Positions 9,929 through 20,170 are shown, counted from the first letter of the stretch. The stretch is DNA of 64,000 bases from Terriglobia bacterium (GCA_965262675.1 OZ253554.1:332747-396746), one strand, 5' to 3'. Notes: a model not told the origin generated them from the letters alone. Program-made: numbers and translations.

Positions 9929-11990
9929 CCTTCAACAACTCCCCGGCGCCTTCGGAATACTCCTCGACGGCATCCATCAGCGCTTTCGCCTTCAGCATCG
10001 CTTCGTCGAACTCATCTTCGGGATCGGACAGGGCCACCACACCACCCCCCATCCCCGCGCGGACACGGTCTCCCTTGACCACCATGGTTCGAATCACGAT
10101 GTTCAGATCGGCCGCTCCCGTGAAGGAGAGATACCCCAGCGCCCCGGAGTACACTCCACGCGCGCTCGACTCCAGATCGTCGATGATTTCCATGGTGCGG
10201 ATCTTCGGTGCGCCGGTCATGGAACCCCCGGGAAACGCGCAACGCACGCAGTCGATCGCGTCGTTGTCCGCCCCCAACCGCGACTGAACGGTACTCACCA
10301 GATGGTGAACCGTTTCATAGGATTCCACGGCCATCAGCGAAGGCACCTGAACCGATCCCGTTTGCGCGGTCTGCCCCAGGTCATTTCTCAGCAAGTCCGC
10401 GATCATGAGGTTCTCGGCGCGATTCTTTTCGCTGTTGAGAAGTTCCTCGCGAAGTCGAACGTCCTCTTGAGGGTCATGCGAACGCGGCGCCGTCCCCTTG
10501 ATGGGACGGGACTCCACCGCACCGTCGGGAAGAACCCGCATGAAGCGCTCGGGAGAGGAACAGAGAACTGAAAATTCATCCGTATTCAGGAAAGCCGAGA
10601 AAGGTGCGGGGTTCCGGCGGCGAAGCACGCGGTACAGATCGAACGGATCGCCCTCAAACGGACCCGAGGCCCGGTTAGTAAGACAAACCTGATAGCTTTC
10701 ACCCTCACCAATCTTTTTCAGGGCGAAGTTGACCCCGGCCATATACCGTTCGCGGTCCTGCTCCAGTTCGAACCGGGGTGGAGGACCGGCCCCTGCGTTC
10801 GGTACCGGTATTGCGACCGCCTCCTGCACTCCGGCCGCCGTGGCCGCGATCCAGTCCTCCTCGTCGCCATTGTGTCCGACGGCCACAACGTAACACTCCC
10901 CGCTGGCATGATCGAAGGCCACAAACCTGGAAACGCGAAGGAAGTAGGCATCGGGCAAATCCGAAGTGTGCCGGTACTGCCCTCCGCACTCGCCCTTGAG
11001 TTCGTAACCGAAATAGCCGAGGTAGCCACCGCAGAACTCGAACGGAAGTTCGGAGGAATCCGTCCGGTGCGCGGCCAACGCCGACTGGAGGTAATCGAAG
11101 ATGCTCTCACCGATCGTTTCGACGCCCGCCGGAGTGGCAATCTCCAGTTTTCGATGTCGTGAACGATAGGCAAGGACTTCGTCAGGTTGAGCCGCCATGA
11201 ACGAAAAACGGGACCGTCCGGAAAGCGCCGCATTGCTGTCCAACCATACCGCGGGTCTCTGTCGGCCGAACAACCGTGCAAAGACCGCTTCAGGCCCGGG
11301 TACGCCTGTCAGTTTCCTGAAACGCACGGGCAGAGTCGGCTCTCCCCGGTTCCCACCGCTGTCACGGGAACGGGACCGTCCGGCGGGAACGCTCCGGACC
11401 GGAGGAGTCAGGTACCCCAAGGACAAATCCCTGAAGTTTTCGAAAATGCGTCTTCCGTATTCCGTGGACACCGATTCGGGATGGAATTGAACCCCCCAGA
11501 CCGGTCGGGTCGGATGCCTGAAACCCATCAGGATGCCGTCGTCGGTCTGGGCGGTACCGAGCAATTCGGTTCCCTCCAGCGTCGGCACATGCAGCGAGTG
11601 ATACCGAATGGCAAAGAACGGCGACGGAATACCCGTAAACAGTTCCTCGCCATCGTGGTATATGAAGGACCCTCGGCCGTGCCACGGCGCGGGTGCGGGG
11701 ATCACGCGGGAACCTGCCATCAACGCGATTCCCTGAAAACCCATGCAAATCCCCAGGACCGGACACGAGGCGTAGCGCACGACTTGGCGGCAGACGCCAA
11801 AATCCCGATCACTGCCCGGTGTACCGGGACCCGGCGAGATCACGATGTTGTCGAAATCAAGTCGAATCAACTCGTCGTAAGAAAGCTCGTCGTTCTTGAT
11901 GACAATGGGATCCTCGCCGGTGACGGCGGCAATATCCTGCGCCACGTTGAATGTAAACGAATCGTAGTTATCGATCAGCAAAGCCCGCAT
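9909..11990 (-). CDS. pabAB: Aminodeoxychorismate synthase, fused glutamine amidotransferase (PabA) + chorismate-binding (PabB) domains
   Basis: 693 aa. N-terminal class I GATase (ILGICMGFQ, QFHPES). C-terminal chorismate-utilising domain (PGGSMTGAPK, GVYSGALGY). Its pabC neighbour favours Pab over Trp. Confidence 0.8.
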   Translation of the reverse strand: MRALLIDNYDSFTFNVAQDIAAVTGEDPIVIKNDELSYDELIRLDFDNIVISPGPGTPGSDRDFGVCRQVVRYASCPVLGICMGFQGIALMAGSRVIPAPAPWHGRGSFIYHDGEELFTGIPSPFFAIRYHSLHVPTLEGTELLGTAQTDDGILMGFRHPTRPVWGVQFHPESVSTEYGRRIFENFRDLSLGYLTPPVRSVPAGRSRSRDSGGNRGEPTLPVRFRKLTGVPGPEAVFARLFGRQRPAVWLDSNAALSGRSRFSFMAAQPDEVLAYRSRHRKLEIATPAGVETIGESIFDYLQSALAAHRTDSSELPFEFCGGYLGYFGYELKGECGGQYRHTSDLPDAYFLRVSRFVAFDHASGECYVVAVGHNGDEEDWIAATAAGVQEAVAIPVPNAGAGPPPRFELEQDRERYMAGVNFALKKIGEGESYQVCLTNRASGPFEGDPFDLYRVLRRRNPAPFSAFLNTDEFSVLCSSPERFMRVLPDGAVESRPIKGTAPRSHDPQEDVRLREELLNSEKNRAENLMIADLLRNDLGQTAQTGSVQVPSLMAVESYETVHHLVSTVQSRLGADNDAIDCVRCAFPGGSMTGAPKIRTMEIIDDLESSARGVYSGALGYLSFTGAADLNIVIRTMVVKGDRVRAGMGGGVVALSDPEDEFDEAMLKAKALMDAVEEYSEGAGELLKGDVGSA

Positions 11991-12053
11991 GTACGTTCCA
12001 GTCCGATGAGTATAAACGGATCGGATGAGGTACTATCCCCAATCCAGGGCCAC

Positions 12054-13010
12054 ATGTTTGGAATGATCGTCAAACTCGCCACGTTCGCCTTCCCTTTGTG
12101 GGCCCTTGCCGCAAGCATCCTTGCGCTGTCCCGGCCGGCGGCGTTCACATGGTTCAGCGGTCCGCTGATCCCCCTCGCTCTCGGCGCAATCATGCTGTCG
12201 ATGGGCCTTACACTCCAGGTGGAGGACTTCAAACGGGTGTTGAGGCGACCGCGTCTGGTCGCTCTCGGCGTGGTCCTGCAATACGCGGTCATGCCTCTGC
12301 TCGGCTGGATGGTCGCACGTCTGATGGGGCTTCCCACGCCACTGGCCGTGGGACTGATTCTGGTGTCGTGTTGCCCGGGGGGCGTGGCATCGAACGTCAT
12401 TTCCTATATCGCCAGGGCGGACGTCCCACTTTCAGTCTCGATGACCGCCGTGTCGACACTTCTGTCGGCCGTCATGACACCGGCATTGACTGTCGTTCTC
12501 GCCAGCAGCCGCGTCGATGTGCCGGCGGCGGGACTGCTGATCGACACGGTTCAGGTCGTTATCGTGCCGATTGTCCTGGGCCTCATGCTGCGGCGTTACG
12601 CTCGCAAGGTCACCGACATCGTTCTGCCGGTGGCGCCGCTGATGGCCGTGGTCCTGATCACGTTGATCGTCGCCTCTATCATTGGCGCCAACAGTACCGA
12701 CATTCTCCAATCCGGCCTCCGGCTGGTAATCGCGGTGTTCCTGCTCCATGTTTCCGGATTCTTGCTGGGTTACGGTCTGGCACTGCTTCTTCGCAGCGGG
12801 ATCGTTTCAGCGCGAACGATTTCAGTGGAAGTGGGAATGCAGAACTCCGGGCTTGGAGTCGTCCTGGCAACTCAAAACTTCAGCGACCCTCTGGTTGCGG
12901 TTCCCAGCGCAATCTCCAGCCTGTTCCACTCCCTGATCGGCAGCGTGCTGGCCGGACTCTGGCGGGCATCGGGTCTCGACCCGGGGAAGGGCGGTATCGC
13001 GGACGATTGA
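12054..13010 (+). CDS. Bile acid:sodium symporter (BASS) family transporter
   Basis: Polytopic membrane protein (SCCPGGVASNV motif). The ORF-track frame opens at 11187, but that stretch is antisense to pabAB. ATG at 12054 (or 12006) is the plausible start. Confidence 0.75.
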   Translation: MFGMIVKLATFAFPLWALAASILALSRPAAFTWFSGPLIPLALGAIMLSMGLTLQVEDFKRVLRRPRLVALGVVLQYAVMPLLGWMVARLMGLPTPLAVGLILVSCCPGGVASNVISYIARADVPLSVSMTAVSTLLSAVMTPALTVVLASSRVDVPAAGLLIDTVQVVIVPIVLGLMLRRYARKVTDIVLPVAPLMAVVLITLIVASIIGANSTDILQSGLRLVIAVFLLHVSGFLLGYGLALLLRSGIVSARTISVEVGMQNSGLGVVLATQNFSDPLVAVPSAISSLFHSLIGSVLAGLWRASGLDPGKGGIADD

Positions 13011-13070
13011 CGAAGTCGTTACACTACTTCATCCCGAATTCATTCCTCGAAATTCGGTGGAGATCGATCG

Positions 13071-14138
13071 ATGGCAGAGATTCTGGGTTTAGGCCTGTCC
13101 CACTATCCGCCGCTATGCGGCCTCGACAAGGACATGTCCGGGCTGCTCGGCTGGACGCTCGAGGATCCGGCGATACCGGATGCGGACAAGGATCCAGCCA
13201 ACTGGCCGGAGTCCATGCGTAAGGACTGGAGCACCGACCGGGGCGAGCGGGCGGCGGGCGTGCATCGGGCGCAACTTGTCGCCCAGTTCGATCGGATCAG
13301 GAAGGTGCTGGACGACTTCGCACCCGACGCCATCGTGATGTGGGGAGACGATCAGTACGAGAACTTCCGGGAGGATGTCATTCCCCCCTACACGGTGTGC
13401 GCTTATTCCGATATCGAAGTCCATCCATGGAAGCAGGCCCACAAATCGTCCGCGATGGAAGGAAATCCCAATATATGGAACGAGAGCGGCGACACCGGAT
13501 TCACGATCAAGGGCCGGCCCGATATCGCCCGGCGCCTGGTGGCCGGTCTGCTCGAAGCGGGAATGGATCCGGCATACGCCTACACGCAGTTACATCACCC
13601 CAGCCTCCCTCACGCGTTCCTGAACGCGATGCTTTTCCTGGACTACCACCGGAACGGCTTCGACCACCCGATCATACCGTTCCCCATCAACTGCTACGGA
13701 CGGCGCGTGATCTGTTGCAAGGGGTTCATGACCCGGCTCGACGACAAGTTCGACTTCGATCCCCCCTCGCCGCCACCGAAGCGCTTCATGGAATTGGGCG
13801 CCGCAACCGCGCGGGTCCTGAAAGACAGCCCCTGGCGGATCGCATTGGTGGCCTCGTCGAGTTGGTCCCACGCGTTCCTCTGCGACAAGACCTACCGGAT
13901 GCGACCCGACACGCCGAGCGACGAACGCCTCTATCAAGCGCTTCGCGAAAGCGACTACAGCTTCTGGCGAAACCGGTCCCTGGCCGACATCGAAGACGCC
14001 GGGCAGCATGAAGTCCTGAACTGGTTTCCGCTGATGGGCGCGATGGAGCAACTTGGCGCATCGCTTGAATGGAGCAATTGGGTCGGAACCGACTTGTTCA
14101 ACTCCAACAAGGTGTTCGCGATTTACAACCCAGCCTGA
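13071..14138 (+). CDS. LigB-superfamily (class III) extradiol ring-cleavage dioxygenase-like protein
   Basis: 355 aa. GLGLSHYP near the N-terminus and ASSSWSHAF later resemble the metal-ligand regions of LigB/gallate dioxygenases. Assignment is by motif memory only. Confidence 0.5.
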   Translation: MAEILGLGLSHYPPLCGLDKDMSGLLGWTLEDPAIPDADKDPANWPESMRKDWSTDRGERAAGVHRAQLVAQFDRIRKVLDDFAPDAIVMWGDDQYENFREDVIPPYTVCAYSDIEVHPWKQAHKSSAMEGNPNIWNESGDTGFTIKGRPDIARRLVAGLLEAGMDPAYAYTQLHHPSLPHAFLNAMLFLDYHRNGFDHPIIPFPINCYGRRVICCKGFMTRLDDKFDFDPPSPPPKRFMELGAATARVLKDSPWRIALVASSSWSHAFLCDKTYRMRPDTPSDERLYQALRESDYSFWRNRSLADIEDAGQHEVLNWFPLMGAMEQLGASLEWSNWVGTDLFNSNKVFAIYNPA

Positions 14139-14261
14139 AGCGGGATCAGCCCGCGTTCCCACGGGATGTTCTGTGAAGTTGTCGCGTTTGATAGCTGTGG
14201 CGATCCCATGGCGAAATTGCGACGGAACCCGCTTGTATTGCGGTACTAACGGAGTAACGCC

Positions 14262-14633
14262 ATGAAAAGCAATACATTGGACATCGGCGGCTTCAAGGCC
14301 GTTGTCAACTACGATCCGGACATTGATATGCTCCGTGGGGAATTTATCGGACTGAACGGCGGAGCCGACTTCTACGCCTCCGATATCGAAGGGCTCCGCA
14401 AGGAAGCCGCAACATCCCTGAATGTCTTTCTGGAAGCATGCGAGCGACACGGGATAGAACCCCGCAAGGAATTTTCCGGCAAATTCAATGTCCGCATACC
14501 GCCGGAACTGCACCGGCAGGTGGTAGAAGCTGCAACCGCTGAGGGAAAGAGCTTGAATCGGTGGGTCGGCGACGTGTTGAACGAAGCGGCAGGTCCGGTT
14601 GCCGGATCCCGGATGCGCTCGCAGGACCGGTGA
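14262..14633 (+). CDS. hicB: HicB-family antitoxin with C-terminal RHH domain
   Basis: 123 aa. The N-domain pattern (FKAVVNYDPDIDMLRGEF..., ASDIEGLRKE) and the C-terminal FNVRIPPELHRQVVEAATAEGKSLNRWV ribbon-helix-helix are typical of HicB. Confidence 0.75.
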   Translation: MKSNTLDIGGFKAVVNYDPDIDMLRGEFIGLNGGADFYASDIEGLRKEAATSLNVFLEACERHGIEPRKEFSGKFNVRIPPELHRQVVEAATAEGKSLNRWVGDVLNEAAGPVAGSRMRSQDR

Positions 14634-14670
14634 AGTTGTCGGGCGTCAGCTTTCGTGCTCTGAAAAGTTC

Positions 14671-16890
14671 TCAGACCGCGGCCGGTCCTGGCTCCGGTTC
14701 CGGTTCGTCAGGCCCCTCATCGTCGGAAGCTTCCCCGTCTGCCGGTGAGAACGTCCGGGGCAATTCGACGATCATTTCCGTAAATTCGTCGGGCTCGGAC
14801 TCGACCCGAATACTCCCCCCGTGCTGGCGCACGATATCGCTCGAAAGGGCGAGACCGAGCCCAGTGCCCTTGTCCGTCGGCTTGGTCGTGAAGAACGGAT
14901 TGAATATCTTGTCCAGTACCTCGGGCGGAATCCCGCTCCCGTTGTCGCGAATGCGAACCTCGATGCGATCCTCAATCGACCGGGTCGCGAGCAACAGTGT
15001 CGGCTCGTATTTCGAGGCCCCTTCCTTCTCTTCCCAATCGCGGCGCTTCGCGTCGGTGGCGTAACACGCGTTGCTCACCATGTTCAGAAAGACGCGGCCC
15101 AGGTCTTGCGGAATAACATCGAGTTCCCCAATCTCCGGATCGAATTCCTCCTGGAGGTCGAGGCGAAATTGCGGGTCGTTCGACCTGGCGCTGTGATAGG
15201 CGAGCCGCGCGTGCTCGCCGAGCAGGGCGTTGATGTCGGCCGCCCGCCGTTCGCCCGAGCCCCTGCCCATCATGAGCATGCTCTGGACGATACGATTGGC
15301 ACGTTCGCCGTGTTCGCGGATGCGCTTGAGGTTGCTGGTCAGGTCGCCGCCAATTTCCTGGATCAACCCCGGTTCGTCCCCGTTTTGCCCGCCGCCCTCG
15401 GCGGGAGTCTCCCCCACTTCCTCCAGCAGTTCCTCAAGCAATTCCTCGGAGACTTCAGCAAAGTTCTTGATGAAATTCAGCGGGTTTCTGATCTCGTGAG
15501 CGACGCCCGCCGTCAGTTCGCCAAGCGCCGCCAGTTTCTCTTGCATGACGATCTGGTCTTGCGCCCGTTCCAGGTCGCCCAGCGCGGTTTCGAGTTGTTC
15601 ATTCTTGCCCCTGAGCTCTTCAGCCAGCTTCTCAACCAGGTTCAGACGCTGCACCTCCAACGCATTGCGGCGGAAGTGTTCGAGCGCCGTGGCCATCTCC
15701 GCGACTTCATCGCGTCCGTCGATCACAACCTTCTCTTCGAGATCACCGGCCGCCATGCGTTGCATCCGAACCGACAGGCGTCCAAGCCGGCGCAAAAGCA
15801 CACGTCCTACGAACAGCCATGAGATCAGCACCGCCCCGACGACACTGATGCCGCTTAACGCGAGCAGGAGATTGCGTCCCGTGAGCATCGCCTGCCCTGA
15901 AACCATGGTTGCGTCTTCGGCGCTCGCACGGGCCGCAACCACCACGTCTTCAGCCTCGACCAGGAGTTCGCTGGCGAGGTCGCGATTGTCCGCGATCAGA
16001 GCCTGCTGGTTCCGGGCGAGTTCAAGTTCGCGCACCCGTAAATCGAAGATCCCATCGGGTCCGATTCCCAACTCGATCAACCGCTCGAAGAGAGGCTCGA
16101 TTTCAGCGCGCAACGGGGTCGCGCCAAGCGCCCCCAAACGCCGTTCTATGCCATTGGCCGTCGCCTCGAAACGCTCCCGTTCCGGCTCGAGCAAGGGAGC
16201 GTCCGAAATATTGAACGCGGTGGCAAGAAGTTGCGTTCCGCTGTCGGCATCCGCCTTCAACTCGGCCAGGAATCGGTAACGGTTGAGTTCCTCTTCGGAA
16301 AAGTGTTGGGCGCGGGGCGCGGGCGGTTCGCCAAGATCGCGATAGCCCGTCATCGCAAAAAACAACTGGTCGTCGATCGCGGGAACCAGGATGCCGGTCA
16401 ACTCGTCCCGCAACGACGCCAGTTCGGCGCGGCGTTCCTCTCGCAGGTCGATCACCTCGAAACGAGTCAACACCGTGTCATTGATGGCTTCGATGTTCGG
16501 AATCAGCGCGTTCCCGATTTCGCGAATGGCGCTGGAGCGCACATCGTCGTCCTCTCGCAGCGTCAATGCATCCAATTCCGCCTCGAAGGCCGTCCTGTCC
16601 TCCGCGATCTCGTCGGTGATCTCGGTCAGTTCCTCAGGGGTTGCGGCCACGGTCAGGCTGGGTGCGGCAGCCACAAGGGCGCCGCTTTGCTGGACGACCC
16701 CAAAGGCGGCCACCAAGGCCGGTACACTCTCCTCGTTTACCTGGCTCTGGGCATCGCCGACCCGGTCGAATGAAATCCAGCCAATGAGACTCGCACTGAA
16801 GGTGAGGGCAACGGCGCCACCGATACCCAGGTACAGTTGGGTCGAAATTCGGAAGCGTCTATCGAACAGGCCTTTCAACTGGTCGATCAC
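14671..16890 (-). CDS. Sensor histidine kinase (large periplasmic domain, HAMP, HisKA, HATPase)
   Basis: 739 aa. Two TM segments flank a ~300-aa extracytoplasmic region. H-box AHEIRNPLNFI, plus N and G boxes (NACYAT, DNGSGI, GTGLGL). Confidence 0.9.
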   Translation of the reverse strand: MIDQLKGLFDRRFRISTQLYLGIGGAVALTFSASLIGWISFDRVGDAQSQVNEESVPALVAAFGVVQQSGALVAAAPSLTVAATPEELTEITDEIAEDRTAFEAELDALTLREDDDVRSSAIREIGNALIPNIEAINDTVLTRFEVIDLREERRAELASLRDELTGILVPAIDDQLFFAMTGYRDLGEPPAPRAQHFSEEELNRYRFLAELKADADSGTQLLATAFNISDAPLLEPERERFEATANGIERRLGALGATPLRAEIEPLFERLIELGIGPDGIFDLRVRELELARNQQALIADNRDLASELLVEAEDVVVAARASAEDATMVSGQAMLTGRNLLLALSGISVVGAVLISWLFVGRVLLRRLGRLSVRMQRMAAGDLEEKVVIDGRDEVAEMATALEHFRRNALEVQRLNLVEKLAEELRGKNEQLETALGDLERAQDQIVMQEKLAALGELTAGVAHEIRNPLNFIKNFAEVSEELLEELLEEVGETPAEGGGQNGDEPGLIQEIGGDLTSNLKRIREHGERANRIVQSMLMMGRGSGERRAADINALLGEHARLAYHSARSNDPQFRLDLQEEFDPEIGELDVIPQDLGRVFLNMVSNACYATDAKRRDWEEKEGASKYEPTLLLATRSIEDRIEVRIRDNGSGIPPEVLDKIFNPFFTTKPTDKGTGLGLALSSDIVRQHGGSIRVESEPDEFTEMIVELPRTFSPADGEASDDEGPDEPEPEPGPAAV

Positions 16891-16896
16891 GGTCGA

Positions 16897-18141
16897 TCAC
16901 GGCTGGGGCTGACGCGGCAGCGTCACGATTGGATGGTACCGGCCATCGTTGCCGATAACGGTGAGAAAAACGGCATCCGAACCCTGGGTGTCTCCGTCGC
17001 CAAAACGGAGTTCGAACCCATCAAGGTCAATGACGCCCGCATGGCGCAAGCTTTCCAGAAAACATTCGCGGCCAAGTTCCCGGCCGCAGAGCTCAAGGGC
17101 GACAATGGCCATTCGGCCGGCCAGATAACCTTCAAGGGAGACAAAACCGGGCGCCGCGCCGGGCGCATACGCCGCCAGGTCGCGGCGGTAAGCTACCGCC
17201 ACGGGAGGCGTGTCCGCTGTCGGAAAAGGGACTACCTGAGTGACGATGACTCCAGCACCGGCGGCCCCAAGCTCGCCAATCAATGCATTGCTGCCCACGA
17301 ACGAGATCGTCACGAAGACTGGGTCGAACGCCGTGAACCGGGCCCAGCCAATCAGGGCCGCGACTGGCTGATAGGCGCCAACAACGATCACCGCTTCGGG
17401 GTTGGCGCTCCGTACCTCCAGCAGCGCCGTTTTTATCGCCGTCGTATTTCGGGGATACACCCCGACGGCCGCCAGTTCCAGATCACGCCGCTCGAGTGCC
17501 GCCAGAACGCCGAGGTAGCCCGCCCGCCCGAAGGTATCGTCCTGGTACACGATTGCGATACGGTCGATACCTAGGTCCTGGATCAGGCGATCGACCATCG
17601 TCTCGGTCTCCTGAAAATAGGAGGCGCGCAGGTTGATGACATTGGTCCATTGCGCATCGCGCAGGAAGGGAGCGCCGGTAAAGGGCGCAACATAGGGAAC
17701 GCCCGCCTCAGCGGCGATCGGGGTGGCGGAACGCGAAGTTGGCGTGCCCACTGCGCCGATCAGCGCAAAAACCTCCTCGTCCGCGATCAACCTGCGTGTG
17801 TTGGAAATGGCCGCTTCCGGCTCGTAGGCATCGTCGAGGGCGATCAACTCGAGTCGGCGTCCATGAACGCCGCCGCGTTCATTCGCCGCGTTGAAGGCGG
17901 CTTCAATCCCGAGACGCATGTTCTCGCCCAGTTCCTGGGCGGGACCGCTGAAGGCGGCGGACTGGCCAAAAAGAACACGTTGAGGAAAAATGCCGGGAAC
18001 CGTCAGGTCTTCGGACACACTGTCGTCGGAAGCCGTGCCTTCGGACGCCTGATTCTCGACCACCTGGCCAATCGACACCGGGCAAAGTATCGCACCGATG
18101 ACCAGTAGAAGCGCCAACCGGGTTCGGAGCGACCCGGTCAT
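16897..18141 (-). CDS. Periplasmic substrate-binding protein, LivJ/branched-chain amino acid (type I PBP) family
   Basis: 414 aa. Signal peptide and the typical FGQSAAFSGPA...LG motif of Leu/Ile/Val-binding-type proteins. Confidence 0.75.
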   Translation of the reverse strand: MTGSLRTRLALLLVIGAILCPVSIGQVVENQASEGTASDDSVSEDLTVPGIFPQRVLFGQSAAFSGPAQELGENMRLGIEAAFNAANERGGVHGRRLELIALDDAYEPEAAISNTRRLIADEEVFALIGAVGTPTSRSATPIAAEAGVPYVAPFTGAPFLRDAQWTNVINLRASYFQETETMVDRLIQDLGIDRIAIVYQDDTFGRAGYLGVLAALERRDLELAAVGVYPRNTTAIKTALLEVRSANPEAVIVVGAYQPVAALIGWARFTAFDPVFVTISFVGSNALIGELGAAGAGVIVTQVVPFPTADTPPVAVAYRRDLAAYAPGAAPGFVSLEGYLAGRMAIVALELCGRELGRECFLESLRHAGVIDLDGFELRFGDGDTQGSDAVFLTVIGNDGRYHPIVTLPRQPQP

Positions 18142-18605
18142 TTGTCCCCCCCGCTCCTCCGCTTTACCAGGGTCAGATGGTTCCTGTCCCCTTCCCGGCG
18201 ATACCGCGCCTCGTCCATCATCGTCCGCACCAGATGGACGCCCAATCCGCCTATGGGCCTGTCTTCAACGCTCGAATCGAGATCGGGCGCGGGAGCGTCC
18301 CTCAGCGGGTCGAATGGGCGACCGTGGTCCATGAACTCGATCGTAACCGAATCGGCATCCGAAACAACTTCGATTCGGACATCATGATCGGCGCCGTCGC
18401 TGTCCCCGTCGGGGGGATCGCCCGAAAGGCCGTCGGCGAAACCGTACTTCATGATGTTGAGTCCCATTTCCTCAAACACCAGCTTGATCTGAAATTCGAG
18501 CGCAGGCGACCAGTTTTCGGCCGCGGCGAATTCCTCTATCGCAGCGTCGATGCGCGTGAGTTCACCGAGATCCGACGCCATGCTCAATGACAGTTTCGCG
18601 CTCAC
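18138..18605 (-). CDS. Anti-sigma regulatory factor-type Ser/Thr kinase (RsbW/SpoIIAB-like HATPase)
   Basis: 155 aa. EEMGLNIMKYGF and GGLGVHLVRTMMD motifs of the HATPase_c_2 family. Overlaps its neighbours in an operon. Confidence 0.75.
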   Translation of the reverse strand: MSAKLSLSMASDLGELTRIDAAIEEFAAAENWSPALEFQIKLVFEEMGLNIMKYGFADGLSGDPPDGDSDGADHDVRIEVVSDADSVTIEFMDHGRPFDPLRDAPAPDLDSSVEDRPIGGLGVHLVRTMMDEARYRREGDRNHLTLVKRRSGGDK

Positions 18606-19768
18606 TGGTTTGATCCGCCACGGTAGAGTGTCAGGCAGGTAATGTCGTCGAATTGGGGGGCATCGCCTGCGAAGGCTTTTACGGCGCGAAAAACATCCGT
18701 GGTCGCTTTCTGCGCGTCGCTCGGCGGCGAATCCTCGAAAACTTCCTGCAAACGGGCGACACCGAACTGGTCCTGCCTGACGTCCTCGGCTTCCGTCACG
18801 CCGTCAGTATAAAGTACGATGGCGTCGCCGGGCGAGAGGGTTATGGCGCTCCTTTCGAATTCAAAATCCGGGGCCACACCGAGGGCGATTCCCGTGGGTA
18901 GGGGAAGCAGTGCGGAGGCGCCTTCGGCACGGACGACAAGCGGCGGATTGTGCCCGCCATTGGCATACTCGAACTCCCCGGTCGTCGGATCGAAAATCGC
19001 GAATAATAGAGTAACGAACATCGCGGCTTCGTTGTTCTCCTCGAGCAAATTGTTGACTTCGCGCAACACCTCGCTGGGGCCCGACCGGACCAGAGCCGAA
19101 CTCCTGAGCAGCGTGTAGCTGGACATCATGAAAAGTGCGGCGGGCACGCCCTTGCCCGAGACATCGGCAACCGCGATGCCGATACGTCCATCCGGCAAGT
19201 TCAAGACATCGAAGAAATCGCCGCCCACGTCGCGGGCCGGCTCCATGCTCCCGAACAACTGGTAATCGGAATCGTTGTGGAAATCGGTGGGCAGGATCGA
19301 CTGCTGCATCTTGTTGGCCAGGTCGAGTTCGTTCTTCAACACAATCAACTTGTCGCGCGATTCCAGGGCCTCACGCCAGAGGGCAAGGTGGGCGAGGGTT
19401 CGCTCTATGGTAATTCGCAAATCCTCGAAGTCGATCGGCTTGGTGACGAAGTCGAAAGCGCCCCTGTTCATTGCCCCGCGAATGTTCTGCATGTCGCCAT
19501 ACGCCGAGACGATCACGGCACGGACATTGGGATCGACCGAGGGGATTTGCTCAAGCAAGGTCAGCCCGTCCATCACCGGCATGTTGATGTCCGAGAGGAC
19601 CATATCGATTTCGTTGTCCTCGCTCAGGCGTTCCAGCGCCTCGGCGCCATTGTGGGCGAAAACGAACGCGTAGCGGCCGCGGCGAATCTCACGGCGCATG
19701 CGCTGAAGCACGAGGAATTCGAGATCGGGCTCGTCATCGACCACGAGGATCTTGTGCGGCTCCGCCAT
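18602..19768 (-). CDS. Response regulator receiver fused to a PP2C (SpoIIE/RsbU-type) phosphatase
   Basis: 388 aa. The REC domain (ILVVDDEPD...DMVLSDINMP) is followed by a PP2C domain (GGDFFDV, YTDGVTEA). Confidence 0.9.
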   Translation of the reverse strand: MAEPHKILVVDDEPDLEFLVLQRMRREIRRGRYAFVFAHNGAEALERLSEDNEIDMVLSDINMPVMDGLTLLEQIPSVDPNVRAVIVSAYGDMQNIRGAMNRGAFDFVTKPIDFEDLRITIERTLAHLALWREALESRDKLIVLKNELDLANKMQQSILPTDFHNDSDYQLFGSMEPARDVGGDFFDVLNLPDGRIGIAVADVSGKGVPAALFMMSSYTLLRSSALVRSGPSEVLREVNNLLEENNEAAMFVTLLFAIFDPTTGEFEYANGGHNPPLVVRAEGASALLPLPTGIALGVAPDFEFERSAITLSPGDAIVLYTDGVTEAEDVRQDQFGVARLQEVFEDSPPSDAQKATTDVFRAVKAFAGDAPQFDDITCLTLYRGGSNQ

Positions 19769-19831
19769 CAGCGCCTTCCCTCGGATTTCGTGCGCGCGAG
19801 CGCCGGGGGTTCCAATTCGGTACCCGTTACC

Positions 19832-20170
19832 TCAAGCATCGAAGGAAGCGAGCACGTCGGCCCGCGATGGGTGGATCGAAATGAGCCTGTCGAACCCGCT
19901 GATCTCGAAGACCTCCCTGATCTGATCCGAAAGGGAGCAGAGCGCAAACTTGGCGTTCTGTCTGTGAAGGTTCTTTGCGATCAGAAGGATGGCCCGAAGC
20001 CCCGCACTGCTGATGTACAAAAGATTCTCGAAATCGATGATCAAGGCGTGGTCGCTATCCTCGACCGCGGTCCTGATCGACCGTTCGAACTCGAGAGCAT
20101 TGGTGCCGTCGATACGTCCGCTCACTCGGGCAGACAAGACGCCGTCTTCCCTCTCAGTGGTCAAATCCAT
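19832..20170 (-). CDS. STAS-domain anti-sigma-factor antagonist (RsbV/SpoIIAA-like)
   Basis: 112 aa. DFENLLYISSAGLRAILL contains the phosphorylatable Ser context. Confidence 0.85.
   Translation of the reverse strand: MDLTTEREDGVLSARVSGRIDGTNALEFERSIRTAVEDSDHALIIDFENLLYISSAGLRAILLIAKNLHRQNAKFALCSLSDQIREVFEISGFDRLISIHPSRADVLASFDA

Noticed and set aside
14053-14265. 70-aa ORF upstream of hicB as a possible hicA toxin
   Set aside because: It overlaps the 3' end of the dioxygenase gene in another frame and has no resemblance to the HicA dsRBD-like sequence pattern.
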